DNA of 64,000 bases from positions 103,416,001 through 103,480,000 of the forward strand of contig OZ336873.1 in the NCBI GenBank assembly GCA_965287045.1. The letters are read 5' to 3'. Positions 59,543-64,000 of the stretch are shown piece by piece. Source of the stretch: Carcharhinus amblyrhynchos (taxonomy: Eukaryota). Position 1 is the stretch's first letter, and every line of letters starts with the position of its first letter. The notes beneath the pieces are model-generated. The model worked only from the letters and a program-made list of their open reading frames with translations, was not told the origin of the DNA and searched no databases. A program made the position numbers and the translations under genes.

Positions 59543-61019
59543 TCAAGGACGTCTCAGAGCAGCTGCAGGACATTCTGGAGGGGGAGGGGAAACAGCCAGT
59601 GATTGTGGTACATGTCGTTACTAATGACATAAGTAGGAAAAAAGAATGAGATTCTAAAAGTCAAATATAGGAAATAAGTTGAAAAGTAGACCTCCAGGAT
59701 AGTGATCTCAGAATTATTATTGGTGCCATGTGTTAGTCAGGGTAGAAATGCCAGGATATATCAGATGAATACATGGCTGGAAAGATGGTGCATGGGGACG
59801 TTCTGGGGGAGGTGGGTTCAGTGGACAGGTTACACCTGGGCAGGATGGGACTGATGCCCTAGGGCAAGTGTTTGCGTGGATAGGGAGGGTTTAAACTAGA
59901 ATGGCAGAGAGGTGGGAACCCAGGCAGGTGACAAGGAAAAGAGAAACAAGGATAGGAATAAAAATAAGAACAGTAAAAATCAAGGTGCACAAGGCACATA
60001 GGGGCACAGTACAAAGAAAAGTTAGGATGACGAAAAATGGCAAAAAGGCAAACCTAAAGGCTTTGTACCTAAATGCATGATGCATTCAGAATAATGTAGA
60101 TGAAGTGATGGCTCAAATTGAGGTAAATGGATATGATCTCATAGCCATTACAAAGAATTGGTTAAAAGGAGATCAAAACTGGGAATTTAAAAGTCAGGGA
60201 TATTTGACCTTTCAGAAAGACAGGGAGGAAGGAAAAGGTGATGAGGTAGCCCTGTTAATAAGTGATCAAATCAGAACAATTGTGAGAGACAATCTCAGCT
60301 TGGATGATGTAGAGTCCATTTGGGTGGAAGTCAAGAAACAGCATGGGAAAGAAAATATTGGCAGAAGTAATGTATAGACACCGAAACAGTAGCGGCACTG
60401 TAGGAAAGCGTATAAATCAGCAAACAATAAGAACATATGAAAAGAATAGAGTAATAATTATAGGTGACTTTAATCTTCAAGATGACGGAGTTGAACAAGT
60501 AGAAAGGTTAGCTTTGACAATTAATTCATAGAATGTATTAGGGATAGTTTCCTAGACATGGGGCCAACTAGGGAACCTGGTAATGGGTAATGAGGCAAGT
60601 TTAATAGATTACCTCATAGTAAAAGATCCCCTAAAGAGTGGTGATTATAGTATAACAGAATTTAATATTCAGTTTGAGAGTGAGAAGTATGGATCTGAAG
60701 CAACTGTGTTTAACTTAAGTAAAGGGAATTACAATGAAATGAGATAGAGCTAGCTGAAGTGGACTGGGCAACAGAAGAAAGCAGTGGCAGGAAATTAAAG
60801 AGTTATTTTGTGACTGTCAGCAAAATGTATATCCCAGTAAGGAGGAAAGATTCTAACAGAGGGATAAACCAAGCATGGCTAAACAAGGAAGTTAAGGAGA
60901 GTATTAAGTTGAAAGAGAAAACATATAAGGAGGCAAAAATCAGTGACAGCACTGAAGGAAGAGATGAATTCAGAATACAGCAAAGGAAGATTAAACAGAT
61001 AAAAAAGAAAATATGTACT

Positions 61020-61210
61020 GGGTAACATGGTGGCACAGTGGATAGCATTGCTGCCTCAGGGATCTGGATTCAATTCCGGCCTTGAGTGACCATCTGTTTG
61101 GAATTTGCACATTCTCCTCATGTTTATCTGGGTTTCCTCCAGATGCTCCGGTTTCCTTCTACAGTCCAAAGTTGTGCAGGCTAGTGGATTGGCTATGATA
61201 AATTGCCCTT
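61020..61210 (+). mobile_element. V-SINE 5' part
   Basis: ggtggcacagtggatagcattgctgcctca..ttcaattccggcc..gtttcctccagatgctccggtttcc..aaattgccc. Confidence 0.85.
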
Positions 61211-61933
61211 CTGTCTGCTCTTAGGACCTTTCTGTTCTTTAGTTTGGGATCTGTTCTCTGCAGTTTCCTCTTCATGTCTCTGTTCCAGCAGATTCTGTAA
61301 AACTTTTCTTTTTTTAGATTACATTCTCTAAGAGTCATAGAAACCCTACAGTACAGAAAGAGGCCCTTTGGCCCATCGGGTTTGCACTGACCACAATCCC
61401 ACTCGGGCCCTACACCCAATCCGTACATATTTTGCCCATTAATCCTCACTAACCTATGCATCTAAGGTGAATCTAGCATGGCCAATCAACCTAACCTGCA
61501 CATGTTTGGACTGTGGGAGGAAACCAGAGCACCCAGAGGAACCCATGCAGACATGAGGAGAATGTGCAAACTCCACAAAGACAGTGACACAAGTTAGGAA
61601 TCGAACCCAGGTCTCTGGAGCTGTGAAGCAGCAGTGCTAACCACCGTGCTACCATGCTGCCTCAAACTGAACTCAAACTACTTTTGCTGTTTAACTGAAC
61701 TCAAACTACTTTTGCTGCCTCTATGGGCCCCTAGGCAACAGTTCAGTTTTCTATACACCGTGTTTGTTTTAAAATCGTAAAACCCCTCATAAAAAGGAAG
61801 AAGTCTTTTAAAGTGAAACCATAACTGAAAACTCCTTAACTTCAGAAGTATAAATTAAGCTTAAACCTGAATTACACCCTGTTAATAACGTATGAATATA
61901 AATTAATTAAAACTATATAGCTACTTCCAAACA
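61210..61933 (-). mobile_element. LTR-like repeat fragment with inserted HE1 SINE
   Basis: Pyrimidine-rich, ctaggcaacag motif and gtgaaaccataactgaaa similar to 1555-1640; ends ttccaaaca. Confidence 0.35.
61333..61662 (-). mobile_element. HE1-type V-SINE (CR1 tail)
   Basis: agtcatagaaaccctacagtacagaaagaggccc...ggaatcgaacccagg..gcagcagtgctaaccaccgtgctacc. Confidence 0.92.
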
Positions 61934-61959
61934 ATATTATAAGTTTTAGACTGACTATG

Positions 61960-63990
61960 AAAAAGAACAAAGAATAACATCAGCTCATAATAATGAATTG
62001 GGGAAAATCCAACTTCATTGGGGTAAGAATAGATCTGGACTGAATATATAGGAATCAAAGGTTGGCAGTTAAAATGGTAGTGGAAACTTCAAGAAGAAAT
62101 TTAATTGGGCACAGTCAAAGTATATTCCCTTGAAAAGAAAAGGTAGGGCAAACAAATCTTGAGCTCACTAGATGACAAAAGATAGAGCTTAAGACAGAAA
62201 ATGAAAAAAAGTATGCTTATGACTGATGTCAGGTGTCATGGAAGGTTCAGAGAGAGAAAGCAATTAGAGAAATAAAGGGAAAGCATGAAAATAAAATGGC
62301 AACTAACACTAAAGAGAATCATAAATTCTTCAATAAGCATACAAATAGTAAAAGGATGATAGAAGGAGAAGGTAGGACTAATTAGTGAAAAAAGTTTTAC
62401 CCAGACCATGATGAATTCACAGACAAGAGGGATTTAAAATTGCTAAAATGGAAGTATTATAAATAGGCTGCCTGTATTTTAAGTTCCTAAAGCACCAATT
62501 CATCCAAAATATTAAGGAAAGTGAAATTGGAAATTGTGGAAGCATTTGCCATAATTTCCAAATCTTCCTTAAACTTAGGGGTAGTGGCAGATGACAGGAG
62601 AATTGTAAATGTTACACCCTTGTTTGAAAAGAGTGTAAGGATTGAGTTTTTTGAAGGGGTGGCTTGGTGTTTAAAAATAAAGAAGTGGCATGGACAAGTT
62701 GGGCTGAAGGACCTGTTTCCATGACACTATGAGCCCAGCTACTGCTGGCGATCAGTTTAATTTCAGTGTTGGAGAAACTTCCAGAAACAATAATGTGGGA
62801 TAAAATGAATAGTCATACAGACAAATGCGGATTTATTAAGGAAAACCAGCACCGCGTTTTTACTGGTTAGTACTGCTGCCTCACAGCAACCACGGACCCG
62901 GGTTAGATTCCTGGCTAAGGTCACCTTTTATATAGAGTCTTTCCATATTTGCATGAGTTTCCTCTGGGTACTCCAGTTTCCTCCCACAGTCCAAAAAATG
63001 TGCTGATTAGGTGCATTGGCCGTGGTAAATTCTCCTTCAGTGTACCTGAACAGGCGCTGGCGTATGGTGACTAGGGGATTTTCACAGTAACTTCACTGCA
63101 CTGTTCATGTAAACTTACTTGTGACATTAATAAATAAAGTTATAAATTTAAGGGAAAATCATGTTTAACTAACTTGCTGGAGTTTTTTTGAAAAAAATAG
63201 CTGAGAGTGTTAATGAGAGCAATGCTGTGGGTGTGGTGTACATGGAGTTTCAAAAAACATTTAATACAGTGCTATACAGCAAACTTGTGAGTAAAGTTAT
63301 AGCTCATGGAATAAAAGGGGCAGTAGGAACATGGATATGGAATTGGCTGAGTGACAAAAAGCAGAGTAGTGGTTACTGGATGTTTTTCAGGCTGGAGAAA
63401 GGTTTGTAGTAGATTTCCTCAGGGGTTAGCGTTGAGACCCTATTCCTGATATATATTAATGATCGAGACCTTGGTGTACAGGACACAATTACAAAGTTTA
63501 CAGATGATATGAAAGCATTGTGAACCGTGAGGAGGTTGGTGTAGAACTTCAAAGGGACACTAACAAGTTGGCAGAACAGGCAGAAAAGTGGCAGATGAAG
63601 TCCAATGTAGAGAAGTATGAAGTGAATATTTTGGTGGGAAGGACATGGAGAGACAATACAAATTAAAGGATACAACTCTGAAGGGAGTGCAGGAGCAGAG
63701 AGAGCCTGGGTTCATATGTACATAAGTCATTGAAGATGGCAGGGCAGGTTGAGAAGGCTGTCAATAAAGCAGCTGGAGTATTATGTCCAGTTTTGGGTGC
63801 CTGACTTTCAGAAGGAATGCAGGAAAGATTCATGAGAATGGACCCAGGGATGAGGAACTTCAGTTATGAAGATAGACTGGAGAATTTGGGACTGTTTTCC
63901 TTGGAGAAGAGACAATTGAAACAAGATTTACTAGTGATACAGTAGTCAATGCATGAGGCATCTTGACAAGGTAGATAGGAAAAACCCTTA
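61960..63990 (+). mobile_element. Second decayed CR1 LINE (ORF2 linker + RT), distinct from 57985-61015
   Basis: Repeats the post-endonuclease linker (NWGKSNF..YIPLKRK) already present at 60720-61010; IHPKILR..EAFAII; GKSCLTNLLEFF; AVGVVYMEFQKTF; PQG; KFTDD; WQMK; contains a CR1 tail (~62625-62730) and a V-SINE. Confidence 0.88.
62862..63145 (+). mobile_element. V-SINE with Rex1/Babar-like tail
   Basis: tggttagtactgctgcctcacag..ggacccgggttagattcc..ttttcacagtaacttcactgcactgttcatgtaaacttacttgtgacattaataaa. Confidence 0.9.
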
Positions 63991-64000
63991 TGCACTCATG

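Larger units (their letters stand above)
57985..61015 (+). mobile_element. Decayed CR1 LINE 5' half: ORF1 (Zn finger/coiled coil/SGNH esterase) and ORF2 endonuclease
   Basis: CSMWEAGNISSAHGQ; ELEQQLK; IIVGDLIVRGIDWHFCGRRRDPRMVC; KDVSEQLQDILEGEGKQPVIVVHVVTNDISRK; LKALYLNA..MAQIEVNGYDLIAITKNWL..IIGDFN; many stops; hosts two later CR1 insertions. Confidence 0.92.

Noticed and set aside
57985-63990. One single full-length CR1
   Set aside because: The post-endonuclease linker occurs twice in divergent form (60720-61010 and 61990-62360), so these are two separate elements.

Overview
Eukaryotic, repeat-dense vertebrate DNA, almost certainly from a cartilaginous fish (shark). The basis is the HE1-type V-SINEs, SacSINE1-like Deu-domain SINEs, CR1 LINEs with octamer tails, Rex1/Babar, L2, Penelope elements with hammerhead-like cores and Harbinger relics. 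No host protein-coding gene could be supported: every ORF-track peptide I can recognise is transposon-derived, and there is only one weak exon candidate (16738-16826). The window reads like a gene desert or very large intron in which repeat-free, homeobox/Sox/Meis-motif-rich islands (candidate conserved non-coding elements) alternate with nested transposon clusters. I found no CRISPR array or other prokaryote-type system. The most interesting signals are: (1) a CR1 LINE whose long 3' UTR carries a captured, B-box-less V-SINE, seen in two related copies (53049-54033, 43957-44288); (2) one SINE head plus V-domain present with two different tails, one matching CR1 3' ends and one resembling Rex1/Babar 3' ends found in the same window; (3) a decayed two-gene Harbinger element with many probable MITE derivatives; (4) Penelope repeats with minimal hammerhead-like cores, one forming a TSD-flanked inverted repeat. 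Family names come from remembered consensus motifs, not database searches, and most boundaries are approximate (about +/-20 bp).
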